Assembly (NCBI GenBank): GCA_043808705.1
Contig: JAZDEO010000013.1
Span: 8,081-72,080, forward strand
Direction: 5' to 3'
Length of the DNA stretch: 64,000 nt
Source: an archaeon
GTDB taxonomy: Archaea; Nanobdellota; Nanobdellia; SCGC-AAA011-G17; GW2011-AR20
Numbering within the stretch: the first letter of the stretch is position 1; every line of letters starts with the position of its first letter. Shown piece by piece: positions 29,719 through 38,826 of the stretch. The notes beneath the pieces are model-generated. The model saw only the letters and a list, made by a program, of their open reading frames with translations. It made no database searches and was not told the origin of the DNA. Made by a program: the position numbers and the translations under genes.

Positions 29719-30162
29719 CTATATAGGATAACTCTCTTTTATCTCTTTTTTAAGATTACTTAAAACAAATCTTTTTCTCTGTTCAGAAAAATATCTTATT
29801 AAATCACTCTGGGTTATTACCCCAACAAGTTCACCGTTTTGTACAACAGGAAACCTTCTAATCTTTTTCTTTTTCATCTGTTGATTAGCATAATATATGT
29901 TCTTATCAGGTTCTATGTACTTTACACTTTTAGTCATTACTTGTTTTGCTTTAGTCTTCTTACAATTAAGATTTTTAGCAACAACCCTTTGTGAAAGATC
30001 TCTTTCAGTTATTAATCCAACAGGTTTTCTATCCCTCACAATAATAATACAACTTATCTCATACTTGGCCATCTTTTTTCCGATATCAACCAAGCTATCA
30101 TTTTCTAAAGAAGTAATAACTTTTGTAGTCATAACATCTTTTACTAGTTCCATATAAATCAA
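29719..30162 (-). CDS. CBS-domain pair protein
   Basis: Two CBS repeats (VMTTKVITSLENDSL…IIIVRDRKPVGLITERDL; VMTKSVKYIEPD…RFPVVQNGELVGVITQSDL). Confidence 0.8.
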   Translation of the reverse strand: MIYMELVKDVMTTKVITSLENDSLVDIGKKMAKYEISCIIIVRDRKPVGLITERDLSQRVVAKNLNCKKTKAKQVMTKSVKYIEPDKNIYYANQQMKKKKIRRFPVVQNGELVGVITQSDLIRYFSEQRKRFVLSNLKKEIKESYPI

Positions 30163-30176
30163 GTATATTTTGATAT

Positions 30177-31052
30177 TTAAAAACGTTTCGTTAATACCTT
30201 TATATAATCATCAATAAACAAGGTATGCTCAGCTTGACTTACCTTTTCTCTGCTCCTTTCAATTAATTGTTTATACTGATAAACTATACCTTCTTTTTCC
30301 ATTATTCTTAAGGCAAAGTTTACTTTAAATTCTGGAAATTTTTTTAATAACCATATCTTAGAAAAAGGCAAAGTTTTATATTCATTAATAATATACCTTA
30401 ATACTTCATTAGTTATATCATTTCTAACACTCTTTACATTAATTACCTTATAAATTCCAGAATCTTTACCATCTTCAACATAACCAGAACCAGTAGTAGC
30501 AAAAGGTTCTATTGCAATTATCTGCCCTTTCTTTAATTTAGTATTATCATTATTGTCATAATTAGGAATAGTTAATCCAGAATGTTCTTCAAATTCTTTA
30601 ATCTCATGCCCAGATAAATTTTTAATAACCTTAAATCCCTTACTTATAATAGTCTCTTCAATAACCTCTCCAATCTTATTTATTTTAACACCAACCTCAA
30701 TAATTTTAATTGCTTCATTTAAGGCAGCTTCGCTAGCCTTTATCAAATCTTTATTATTCCCTAAATCTACGCTTAAGGCAGAATCCCCAATTCTTCCATT
30801 TACATGTACTCCTACATCTAATTTAACTAAATCATCTTTATTAAATCTTAAATCCTTATTTAAGGGTATAAAATGAGCAGCAATCTCATTAATAGAAATT
30901 TGAACAGGAAAAGCGGGCTTTGCATTTAATTCATAAATCTTATTTTCAATTTTTTCTATAACATCAGATATATTTGTATCTATCTTTATCAAAGATATTC
31001 CATAATCTAAAACCTCAGAGGTTAATTTTCCAGCTTTTTCCCAATCATCCAT
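30177..31052 (-). CDS. map: methionine aminopeptidase, type 2 (archaeal MAP2, M24 family)
   Basis: 291 aa, pita-bread fold motifs, archaeal MAP2 length and insert. Confidence 0.75.
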   Translation of the reverse strand: MDDWEKAGKLTSEVLDYGISLIKIDTNISDVIEKIENKIYELNAKPAFPVQISINEIAAHFIPLNKDLRFNKDDLVKLDVGVHVNGRIGDSALSVDLGNNKDLIKASEAALNEAIKIIEVGVKINKIGEVIEETIISKGFKVIKNLSGHEIKEFEEHSGLTIPNYDNNDNTKLKKGQIIAIEPFATTGSGYVEDGKDSGIYKVINVKSVRNDITNEVLRYIINEYKTLPFSKIWLLKKFPEFKVNFALRIMEKEGIVYQYKQLIERSREKVSQAEHTLFIDDYIKVLTKRF

Positions 31053-33508
31053 TAAAAATCACCCAACTTGCTTTGACCTCTTTCCAGTAAATCCTCTTTT
31101 TTAATATTTCCTATCTCAAATATTTTTTCAACAACAGGTATTACCTGATTGTTTATATAATATTCTTCATCATAATCCTTACATTCTTCAGGTAACTTAG
31201 CTCTGTCTCTTATAAGGCCTTTACCTGTACTAACAATAAAACTAACAACACTTCCTTCTCCTACTTTTATACCTAAGCTCTTCATTCTTCTAGCAACAGC
31301 AACATGTGGCCCTATTTGTTTATAATTCTCAAGATTCATCTTTAACTGTGTTTTTATTATCATTTTATTTAAACTAATTTCTTTATTCTTTACCTTATTA
31401 AGAATTTCTTTAATATATTTTAAAGCATTATCAAAGTTTCCATCTCTTAATATTAATTCAATAACATTTCTTTGAGTCTCTCTTGCTATTGCGCTCCAAT
31501 CCCCCCTAACAGTTTCAAATCCTATTATCTTTATATCTCCTTTTTCATCAATCAAGGCATATTTCTTTTTAGCACCTCCGCCCTCTCCCTTCTTGCTTAC
31601 AAAAATACCTCTTAAATAAAAATTTTCAATATCAAGTTCCATTAATTCAGGCAATTTTTCATTATATTCATCAACAAAATTAATAACATCTTTCTTTGTT
31701 TTATTATTCATTTTAAAAAAACTGGAATCTGTATCAGAATAAATAGCCCCTAATCCAAAAGATTCACCATCATCTATTAATTTCTTAATATACTCTCTAC
31801 CAAATGCAGTTATACTAGCTGAACATTCCAGACTATAGTATCTGCTCCCAAAAAATCCCAAATATCCGTATACAGCATTTGTAACAGTTTTTATAGCATA
31901 ACTCTTGCTCTTTAACACAATATTCTTACTATCAATTAATTGTTTTTTTATTCTTCTTCTTTGGTTTATTAAATCTTTAACAACCTCTGGAATGAAAGAC
32001 TTATTCTTACTAAAATAATAATTTCTTTTAACGCCTTTAATCTCAATTTCAGGTGTTTTAAAACCAATTTCCATATTTAAGGTAGAAGGACTTATATTTT
32101 TAGAAACTAGGATGCTAGGCCAAAACCCGCTAAAATCTATAACAACCAAATCTTTATACAAATCAGGTTTTGGTTCTACAACAGATGCCCCTTCATAACT
32201 TTCATCTGTTCTCTCAATTAAGTCAATATATTTTGGTTTATTAGGCATTATTTCATTAAATTCCTTGCCCTTTTTTATTAAATAGTTTTCAACTAACTGC
32301 CCATATGTTGCTCTGCAAACATCATAAATAGGTAATCCAACTAATTTAGAGATTTCATTCATATTAGGTATTAATTTTTTGCATAATTGATATGTTAGAT
32401 CAGCATCCTTAAGATTATATTCAACTAACTTGTCTATATCTCCTTTGTCCCACACATTACTTATATCATCCAAATCAAATTCATTTTTGCCATCACCTAA
32501 GATTTCTCTAGCAACAGTATTCAAGTTAAATGTGTCTATTCTTAAACCCCCTCCCATGATTTTAGAGATAAATCTATACATGTCTAAATGAGGAATCCCT
32601 CTTATTCTAGCAGAACTTTTTCCGTTTCTATTTTTTTTAATAATTATATTAGAATTATCAACACCAATATTCAATCTAACATTTAGTTCTTCCGCTCTTA
32701 ATTTTATATAGGGAAAATCAAAGCCATCTGTGAAATACCCAGTAATATAATCAGGTTTAAATTCTTTAATTATTTCAACAAATCTCTCTAAAAGTTCTAT
32801 TTCATTATTAACAACCTCAACATAATTTTTTAGTTCACACTTTTTCCAAGTTATAACCTTTCTAAAGTTTTCAGATTTAAAGGCAACCATCAGTATAGGA
32901 TCTTGTTTATGTTTATGATGTTCTGAAAAGTCACCATAAACCTCTATGTCAAAAGCCAATATCTTAGGATTTTTAAGAAATTCAGAATTAATCTGTTTTA
33001 TTTCACCTTTAACAGACATTCCAAGCTCATTCTCTTCAATAATATCACCATCAACTTCACTTAAGACTAAAGGATCAAGATCATTTTCAGTTAAATATCT
33101 CTTAAGATATTTTATATCGTCTTCATAAACATCTAATCCAAGTCTCTTAATAGCTCTCTTAAAAGCATCATTATCTTTGTAATGTTCTAAATAAACCTTA
33201 ACAAATACTTTTTCTTTATCATATAATCTCTTTTTAACAACCTCTGTACTTAATGCCTTAATCATTCTGTCATCTTGTTTTACTCTTATGTTCATTATCT
33301 CTTCAGCCAGATTTTTAGTATCTTCTCTTATATGTACGTAAAAGAAGGGTTTTACAGAACTATCCTTAATCATGATCCTTTCATTATCTATAGTCTTGCC
33401 TATAACAACCATATTTCCATCTTTGCTATAATCAAAATCTAATGGATAAAACTGAATGGTCATATTATTAATAAAGGAACAATCTATATAAAATTCACTA
33501 TTTTCCAA
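31052..33508 (-). CDS. polB: family B DNA polymerase (PolB), intein-free
   Basis: Exo motifs (FDIEV…), polymerase motif A/C (AIYSDTDSSFF = YxDTDS), KKKY; 818 aa. Confidence 0.9.
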   Translation of the reverse strand: MENSEFYIDCSFINNMTIQFYPLDFDYSKDGNMVVIGKTIDNERIMIKDSSVKPFFYVHIREDTKNLAEEIMNIRVKQDDRMIKALSTEVVKKRLYDKEKVFVKVYLEHYKDNDAFKRAIKRLGLDVYEDDIKYLKRYLTENDLDPLVLSEVDGDIIEENELGMSVKGEIKQINSEFLKNPKILAFDIEVYGDFSEHHKHKQDPILMVAFKSENFRKVITWKKCELKNYVEVVNNEIELLERFVEIIKEFKPDYITGYFTDGFDFPYIKLRAEELNVRLNIGVDNSNIIIKKNRNGKSSARIRGIPHLDMYRFISKIMGGGLRIDTFNLNTVAREILGDGKNEFDLDDISNVWDKGDIDKLVEYNLKDADLTYQLCKKLIPNMNEISKLVGLPIYDVCRATYGQLVENYLIKKGKEFNEIMPNKPKYIDLIERTDESYEGASVVEPKPDLYKDLVVIDFSGFWPSILVSKNISPSTLNMEIGFKTPEIEIKGVKRNYYFSKNKSFIPEVVKDLINQRRRIKKQLIDSKNIVLKSKSYAIKTVTNAVYGYLGFFGSRYYSLECSASITAFGREYIKKLIDDGESFGLGAIYSDTDSSFFKMNNKTKKDVINFVDEYNEKLPELMELDIENFYLRGIFVSKKGEGGGAKKKYALIDEKGDIKIIGFETVRGDWSAIARETQRNVIELILRDGNFDNALKYIKEILNKVKNKEISLNKMIIKTQLKMNLENYKQIGPHVAVARRMKSLGIKVGEGSVVSFIVSTGKGLIRDRAKLPEECKDYDEEYYINNQVIPVVEKIFEIGNIKKEDLLERGQSKLGDF

Positions 33509-33520
33509 ATAGAATATTAT

Positions 33521-34168
33521 TTATACAAAACTAAGTACTGAAGAATTATTTAACATCTCTAATCTAGGTTTAAAAACAAAAGCATAATCCTGATCAAAAT
33601 AACCACATCTAAAATCATCTAAGCTTACATTTATTCTTTTACTAAGCATTAAGGCATAAAAAAATATCTGGGTAGAAGCATATTTTTCTTCATATGCATT
33701 AGGCTTGTAATCCCAAACCCATATCTTGTTATTTTCTATCCTTAAAACATCTATATGTCCTGTTAAAGGATCTTTAGTCTTAAACATTTTGCATAAATCA
33801 CTCATCTCATCACATTCAAACCATAGTGGAACTTCAACAGCAACGGTTTTATCATCATTTTCTAGCATAAATACCTGTACCCTAGAATGATTTGTTAAAT
33901 ATCTCTCTTTATTTATTTCTAGTCCATGTCTTGTTAAATCAGAAACTTCATGTCCCTTAATCTGTTTTAAATCTAAATTATTTAGTTTGAACTTTAAACT
34001 AGAACTTCTAGGCCCGACATTAAAGTATTCATTAGGGCATTCCTTCAAGATTTTTTTAAGGTAATCCTTTAACATAGAAAAATTAACAGTTAATTTACCT
34101 AGCTTTTCATTGTGAATCCTATAATGATAAAATCCGCCTTTATGGTCAAAACTTGTGTGTTGTATCAT
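33521..34168 (-). CDS. hypothetical protein with possible PD-(D/E)xK nuclease-like core
   Basis: GHIDVLRIENNKIWVWDYKPN resembles D…(D/E)xK arrangement; immediately upstream of polB on same strand; weak. Confidence 0.3.
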   Translation of the reverse strand: MIQHTSFDHKGGFYHYRIHNEKLGKLTVNFSMLKDYLKKILKECPNEYFNVGPRSSSLKFKLNNLDLKQIKGHEVSDLTRHGLEINKERYLTNHSRVQVFMLENDDKTVAVEVPLWFECDEMSDLCKMFKTKDPLTGHIDVLRIENNKIWVWDYKPNAYEEKYASTQIFFYALMLSKRINVSLDDFRCGYFDQDYAFVFKPRLEMLNNSSVLSFV

Positions 34169-34334
34169 CTCTTTTCACAATTCTAGAAAGCTTACTTATT
34201 ATAAATCTTGCTAATTTACAAACCTTGTGCTGGGCCATGACATATGTCATGATCTTATACACTAATTTACAAACCTATAAATTAATGAAACCACAAACTT
34301 TAAATACTATTAAATCTTATTTAATCTTACAAAA

Positions 34335-34469
34335 ATGAAAGAACAATTTATAAGAGTAGTTAGAAAAAGTGGAGGAAGTCTATCTGTTAATCTCCCTAAA
34401 GAAATTGTTAAATTACTTAACTTAAAAGATGGGAATATTGTCAAAATTATAATAGAAAAAAGAAAATAA
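34335..34469 (+). CDS. AbrB/SpoVT (swapped-hairpin) family small DNA-binding protein, 44 aa
   Basis: Hand-translated, below ORF-track cutoff. MKEQFIRVVRKSGGSLSVNLPKEIVKLLNLKDGNIVKIIIEKRK: VRKxGxSLxVxLPKEIVxxLxLKxGD is the AbrB/MazE-type signature. Stop is 1 nt before the fen ATG. Confidence 0.6.
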   Translation: MKEQFIRVVRKSGGSLSVNLPKEIVKLLNLKDGNIVKIIIEKRK

Positions 34470-34470
34470 A

Positions 34471-37083
34471 ATGGGAATCAATATTTGGGAACTTTTCCCT
34501 AAAAAAGAAATTAAAATTAGTGATTTAAAAGGAAAAGTTTTAGCAGTAGACGCTAGTCCTGTTATCTATCAGTTTTTAGCTTCTATTAGGCAACGTGATG
34601 GAACACTTTTAATGGATTCTAAAGGAGAAATAACCAGCCATCTTATGGGTCTAAGTACTAGAATAACCAAATTAATGTCTGAAGGATTAAAATTGATATT
34701 CTGTTTTGATGGTCGTCCACCAGATCTAAAGATCCATGAAAGAGAAGAAAGAGAATATAGAAAGAGAATAGCAGAAAAAAAGCTAAAACAAGCTCAGAAA
34801 GAAGGAGATATAGAATCTATGTTAAAATATTCAAAACAAACAATCAGATTAAATGATAAAATTATTTCTGAATCAAAAGAGTTATTAAAAGCTTTAGGAA
34901 TCCCAGTAATTCAAGCAGTTTCAGAAGCTGAAGCACAATGCGCTTTTATTGCAGAGCAAGGAGATGCATGGGGTGTTGTTAGTCAAGATGCAGATACATT
35001 ATTATTCAGAGCACCAAGGTTAATTAGAAATCTTACTATTTCACAAAGAAAGAGATTACCTTCAGGTTCAGTAATACAAACTAAACCAGAGTTAATAGAA
35101 TTACAACAAACACTAAAACAACTTAAAATTAATCAAGATAGGTTAATTGCCTTAGGAATTCTTGTGGGAAGTGTTGATCATAACGAACCTACAATAATTA
35201 AAAATAGAGGCATAATACAAGTTAATCCTATAGGAGAATGCCCAATTAGTTCCCACTTAGAGGTTCCATGTTTCGATAAAAAAACAAAAAAAATTGTGTT
35301 TAAAAGAGTAAAAGGATTTATCAAACACAAGATCAATGAACCATTATATGAGATTACAACAGTATATAATAGGAAAGTAAAAGTAACAAAGTCTCATAGT
35401 CTTTTTATCAAAAATAGTGATAATAATATTACTGTGGTTAAAACCACAGATCTAAAAAAAGGAGATAAATTAGTTATACCTTTTAAAATACCATTTCAAA
35501 ATAAAAAAATAGATAAAATAAATCTAGCCCAAGAATTATGGAAACATAGAGATAAAATAAAGAGATTAACTTATTGTGATGGAAAAAATATACAAAAAAT
35601 AATCAAAGATAGATTATCAATTAAAAAAAGCAGATTATTTAATAAGAGATATATCTTAACTAAGTTTGGTCTAAAAAGATTAAAAGAATTAAGAATAAAC
35701 AAAGAAGTTACGACAATGAAGACACCATTAAGCTCTAACACACTTTATGGGTGGGAAAATGGATTAATCTCTCCAACAGAAACTAAGTTTAAAGAATATT
35801 TAAATTTTCTAGGATCAAATTTAAAAGAGTTTAATATAAATAACAATTGTATCAAAAGAATTAGAAATTCAGTTTTTGAGGAAAATATTTCTCCACGGAT
35901 GAACTACAAAAACAAATATAGACAAACAATATTATTTAAAACATTATCTAAAAAAGAAGTTAAGCTATTATCTCAGAAAGATTTTATTTATGGTAGAACA
36001 AGAGATACTAATCAAGTGTCATCAATATTAAAGATAACCTCAGAATTAATGAGGATTATTGGTTACTTTCTTGCTGAAGGCCATCTTAATGGTAACTATA
36101 GGATAAATTTTAGTTTTGCATTACCTTCTATAGGGCATGATGATTTTTGTGTAAATGACACAGTTTATTGCATAAAAAAAGTATTTAACATTAAACCAAA
36201 AGTTTACCACGAGAAATCTACAAGACACATTTGTTTAGATAATTGTGTGATTCATGATTTTTTTGCCTATGTTCTAGAATTGGAAAAACAAGGTTCAAAA
36301 AACAAAAAAATACCTTCTTTAATATTTAATGTAAGTCAAAAATTTCAGTTGGAGTTTTTAAAAGGACTTTTTTTAGGTGATGGAAGTATAGATAAAAACC
36401 ATATATCCTTTAATACAGCAAGTTATGACATGGCTATAGGTCTTTCTTACATCTTTTTGCAACAAGGTATTATTTCTTCCACTAGTTTTCAAAATAGAAA
36501 AAATAATAATATGAAACTTTTACATGTTTGTGGAAAGAACCAAATAACAAATATTAAAAAGATATGGGAAAAACATAATAAAGCTAAACGTCTAATTGAT
36601 TATTGTAAAAGACCACTAAAACAAAAACAAATTATTGATATAGAAGGAGATCTAGGATATGTTAAAATTAAATCTATTGTTAAAGTAAAACCCTTTAATA
36701 GCGAGGTATATGACTTTTCAGTAGACGGTGAAAATTTTATCGCCGGTTTTGGAGGGGTGTGTTGTCATAATACAGATTATAATATTGGTGGAGTAAGAAA
36801 AATTGGACCTAAGATAGGTTTAAAATTAGTACAACAAAACAAAGATCTCGATAAAATATTTGAAGAGGTCAAGGCAGAATTTGACTGGAAACAAATTTAT
36901 AACACTTTTATATCAATGCCTGTTACAAAAGATTATCAGTTAAAATGGAATCCAATAGATGAAGACAAAATAAAAGAAATTCTAATTGAAAAACATGATT
37001 TTAATAAAGAGAGAGTTGAAAAAACACTACAAAACTTAAGCACCAGGGATAAGAAACAATCATCCCTATCTGATTGGTCATAA
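34471..37083 (+). CDS. fen: flap endonuclease FEN-1 interrupted by a 534-aa intein
   Basis: N-terminal MGINIWELFPKKEI…AVDASPVIYQFLASIRQRDGTLLMDSKGEITSHLMGL (strong FEN-1 match). Exteins …ILVG | TDYNIGGVRKIGPKIG (H3TH motif split). Spliced extein 336 aa. Confidence 0.9.
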   Translation: MGINIWELFPKKEIKISDLKGKVLAVDASPVIYQFLASIRQRDGTLLMDSKGEITSHLMGLSTRITKLMSEGLKLIFCFDGRPPDLKIHEREEREYRKRIAEKKLKQAQKEGDIESMLKYSKQTIRLNDKIISESKELLKALGIPVIQAVSEAEAQCAFIAEQGDAWGVVSQDADTLLFRAPRLIRNLTISQRKRLPSGSVIQTKPELIELQQTLKQLKINQDRLIALGILVGSVDHNEPTIIKNRGIIQVNPIGECPISSHLEVPCFDKKTKKIVFKRVKGFIKHKINEPLYEITTVYNRKVKVTKSHSLFIKNSDNNITVVKTTDLKKGDKLVIPFKIPFQNKKIDKINLAQELWKHRDKIKRLTYCDGKNIQKIIKDRLSIKKSRLFNKRYILTKFGLKRLKELRINKEVTTMKTPLSSNTLYGWENGLISPTETKFKEYLNFLGSNLKEFNINNNCIKRIRNSVFEENISPRMNYKNKYRQTILFKTLSKKEVKLLSQKDFIYGRTRDTNQVSSILKITSELMRIIGYFLAEGHLNGNYRINFSFALPSIGHDDFCVNDTVYCIKKVFNIKPKVYHEKSTRHICLDNCVIHDFFAYVLELEKQGSKNKKIPSLIFNVSQKFQLEFLKGLFLGDGSIDKNHISFNTASYDMAIGLSYIFLQQGIISSTSFQNRKNNNMKLLHVCGKNQITNIKKIWEKHNKAKRLIDYCKRPLKQKQIIDIEGDLGYVKIKSIVKVKPFNSEVYDFSVDGENFIAGFGGVCCHNTDYNIGGVRKIGPKIGLKLVQQNKDLDKIFEEVKAEFDWKQIYNTFISMPVTKDYQLKWNPIDEDKIKEILIEKHDFNKERVEKTLQNLSTRDKKQSSLSDWS
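35170..36771 (+). mobile_element. intein with LAGLIDADG homing endonuclease inside fen
   Basis: Begins at Ser (SVDHN…), ends …GGVCCHN + Thr(+1); LAGLIDADG blocks IIGYFLAEGHLNG and FLKGLFLGDGSID; in-frame. Confidence 0.8.
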
Positions 37084-37797
37084 TCTCTTTTCAATCTTCT
37101 TAATATCTTTCTCTATAACCTTCTCTACTATCTTAACATCCTTCTCTAAAGTTCTTTCAACCTTTTTAATATTTTCTTTTATGATATTATAATCTCTTTT
37201 TATAGGTTTTTCATAAAATATAAAAGCCTTAATTATTCTAGGAATTCTTTCTAAAGGTCTTATTAATCTTGCAATAAAACTAGTTCTAGTTAATTTAGTG
37301 CCCTCTTCAATCTCTTTAAATACCTTACCTCCTTGTTCTAATTCTCTAAGCTCCCTAATTATTTTTTCTTCCTTGACTAATTTTTCTATCTCAACACCAG
37401 TATGCACTATCTTTTGTCCTTCACCTATTTCTGCACTTATCCTAAATAAAGCATAGACTTCTTCAACAACTCTAAATAATAAGAAGAATGGAAACACAGC
37501 AATAATATCAATCCAGTACTTTTTCAAAAAAGTTTTAAAGTTTCTAACTCTGTAATACTTAAAACACAAATCAATAAAAAATACAGCAATAATAAAATAA
37601 TCAGCAAGTATGACATAAAAACCATATTTCTCTAAAAAAGTTTTATAAAAAAACTCCCCCGATATTAAAAATAATAGTAAAACAACAATATAAGGAACTA
37701 ATTTATCAACTATTATTTCTACTTTATGAAGCCACGGTTTCATGTGTTTTATAAATAATTCTTGATTTATAAACATTTTCAAAAGGTTTATATACAA
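37078..37797 (-). CDS. membrane protein with voltage-sensor-like features (3 TM + Arg-periodic helix) and charged coiled-coil tail; hypothetical
   Basis: YWIDIIAVFPFFLLFRVV (S3-like), RLIRPLERIPRIIK (R every 3rd residue), no pore/selectivity-filter motif. Confidence 0.35.
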   Translation of the reverse strand: MYINLLKMFINQELFIKHMKPWLHKVEIIVDKLVPYIVVLLLFLISGEFFYKTFLEKYGFYVILADYFIIAVFFIDLCFKYYRVRNFKTFLKKYWIDIIAVFPFFLLFRVVEEVYALFRISAEIGEGQKIVHTGVEIEKLVKEEKIIRELRELEQGGKVFKEIEEGTKLTRTSFIARLIRPLERIPRIIKAFIFYEKPIKRDYNIIKENIKKVERTLEKDVKIVEKVIEKDIKKIEKRL

Positions 37798-37816
37798 TAT
37801 AATTTTTAATTAGAGC

Positions 37817-38248
37817 ATGGCAGAACTCATGATAATACCACCTTTAATCTTAAGTGTTATTATTGGATTGTATGAATTAATATTAATCCATAAAGATGAA
37901 AACTTTAGGGGTTCTCACTGGTTTTCTCACGGTCTTCATGCAGTTGGCTGGGCCATTCTAGCTTTATTTGTTGTAATGAATGCCGATTATGTATATGAAA
38001 ATTTTACATTTTTACAATCAATACCTTTTATAGGAAATGTTCTCGTTTTCAGAATATTAATAGGATTATTAACAATACTAAAAATACATGGAGCATCCGC
38101 TGTTGTAAGAACAACTGTAGGAACATCAAGAGGATTAAAAGAAACATGGGCACATTCACTTGTTGTAGGTATTTTAATTGTTATTTCTCCATACATATGG
38201 CCCTTTATTGCACCTTTATTTGATAACTTGTTAGCTAGTAAAAAATAA
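37817..38248 (+). CDS. integral membrane protein (4 TM), hypothetical
   Basis: ORF track; hydrophobic profile. Confidence 0.35.
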   Translation: MAELMIIPPLILSVIIGLYELILIHKDENFRGSHWFSHGLHAVGWAILALFVVMNADYVYENFTFLQSIPFIGNVLVFRILIGLLTILKIHGASAVVRTTVGTSRGLKETWAHSLVVGILIVISPYIWPFIAPLFDNLLASKK

Positions 38249-38541
38249 AATGGCAGGAATTATACAGTCTAGAGCTCTTTCCGAATTAAAATTGAAAATA
38301 AATATGTATCTTAATAATTTTGATAATGAAAACAAAAACTATTATTTTTCAGAAACCTTAAAATCAATAAAAATTTTATTAGATACGTTTGAACTTGCTA
38401 AATGGGATCCACAAAAGTAATAAAATTAAGAACTCTTATTGAAAATATTCATAGAAAATCTAAACTTGAAAATTCTGATAGATCAAGCATAAACGGGTTA
38501 TTAATAGAAATTGATGAACAGATTCAAGGTAATTAAAAAAA

Positions 38542-38826
38542 TTACTCCTTAGCCATTCTCTCAATTCTCTCTAACCTTTGAATAACATTATCTAATTTGG
38601 CATTAATTGTTTCTAATTTGCTTATAACTAAATCATCTCTTAAGCTATTATCAAGATTTCTCTCAAAACTTCCAGACCCAGAATTTTGATTCTGAAAAGG
38701 GTCTCTAAAATTTTGTTGTGGAAACTGCTGATTAAAATTAGGCTGACCTTGTTGACCATAATCTTCTACAGGTATTTCAACCTTCTTTTTTTTAAATAAG
38801 CTGAATGGAAACATTTTATAATGCAT
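38542..38826 (-). CDS. Gln/Asn/Pro-rich low-complexity protein with C-terminal coiled coil; hypothetical
   Basis: YGQQGQPNFNQQFPQQNFRDPFQNQNSGSGS…LETINAKLDNVIQRLERIERMAKE; overlaps upstream gene by 11 nt. Confidence 0.4.
   Translation of the reverse strand: MHYKMFPFSLFKKKKVEIPVEDYGQQGQPNFNQQFPQQNFRDPFQNQNSGSGSFERNLDNSLRDDLVISKLETINAKLDNVIQRLERIERMAKE

Noticed and set aside
31052-33508. Checked PolB, MCM (55976..57997) and RFC-S (49956..50897) for inteins
   Set aside because: Lengths are normal and the conserved motifs (YxDTDS, Walker A/B, SRC) are contiguous, so no inteins.
38250-38530. Two short plus-strand reading frames (56 aa and ~38 aa) in the 38249-38541 spacer
   Set aside because: No start codon for the second, low-complexity Asn/Lys-rich content, no recognisable motif; likely non-coding spacer or decayed remnants.
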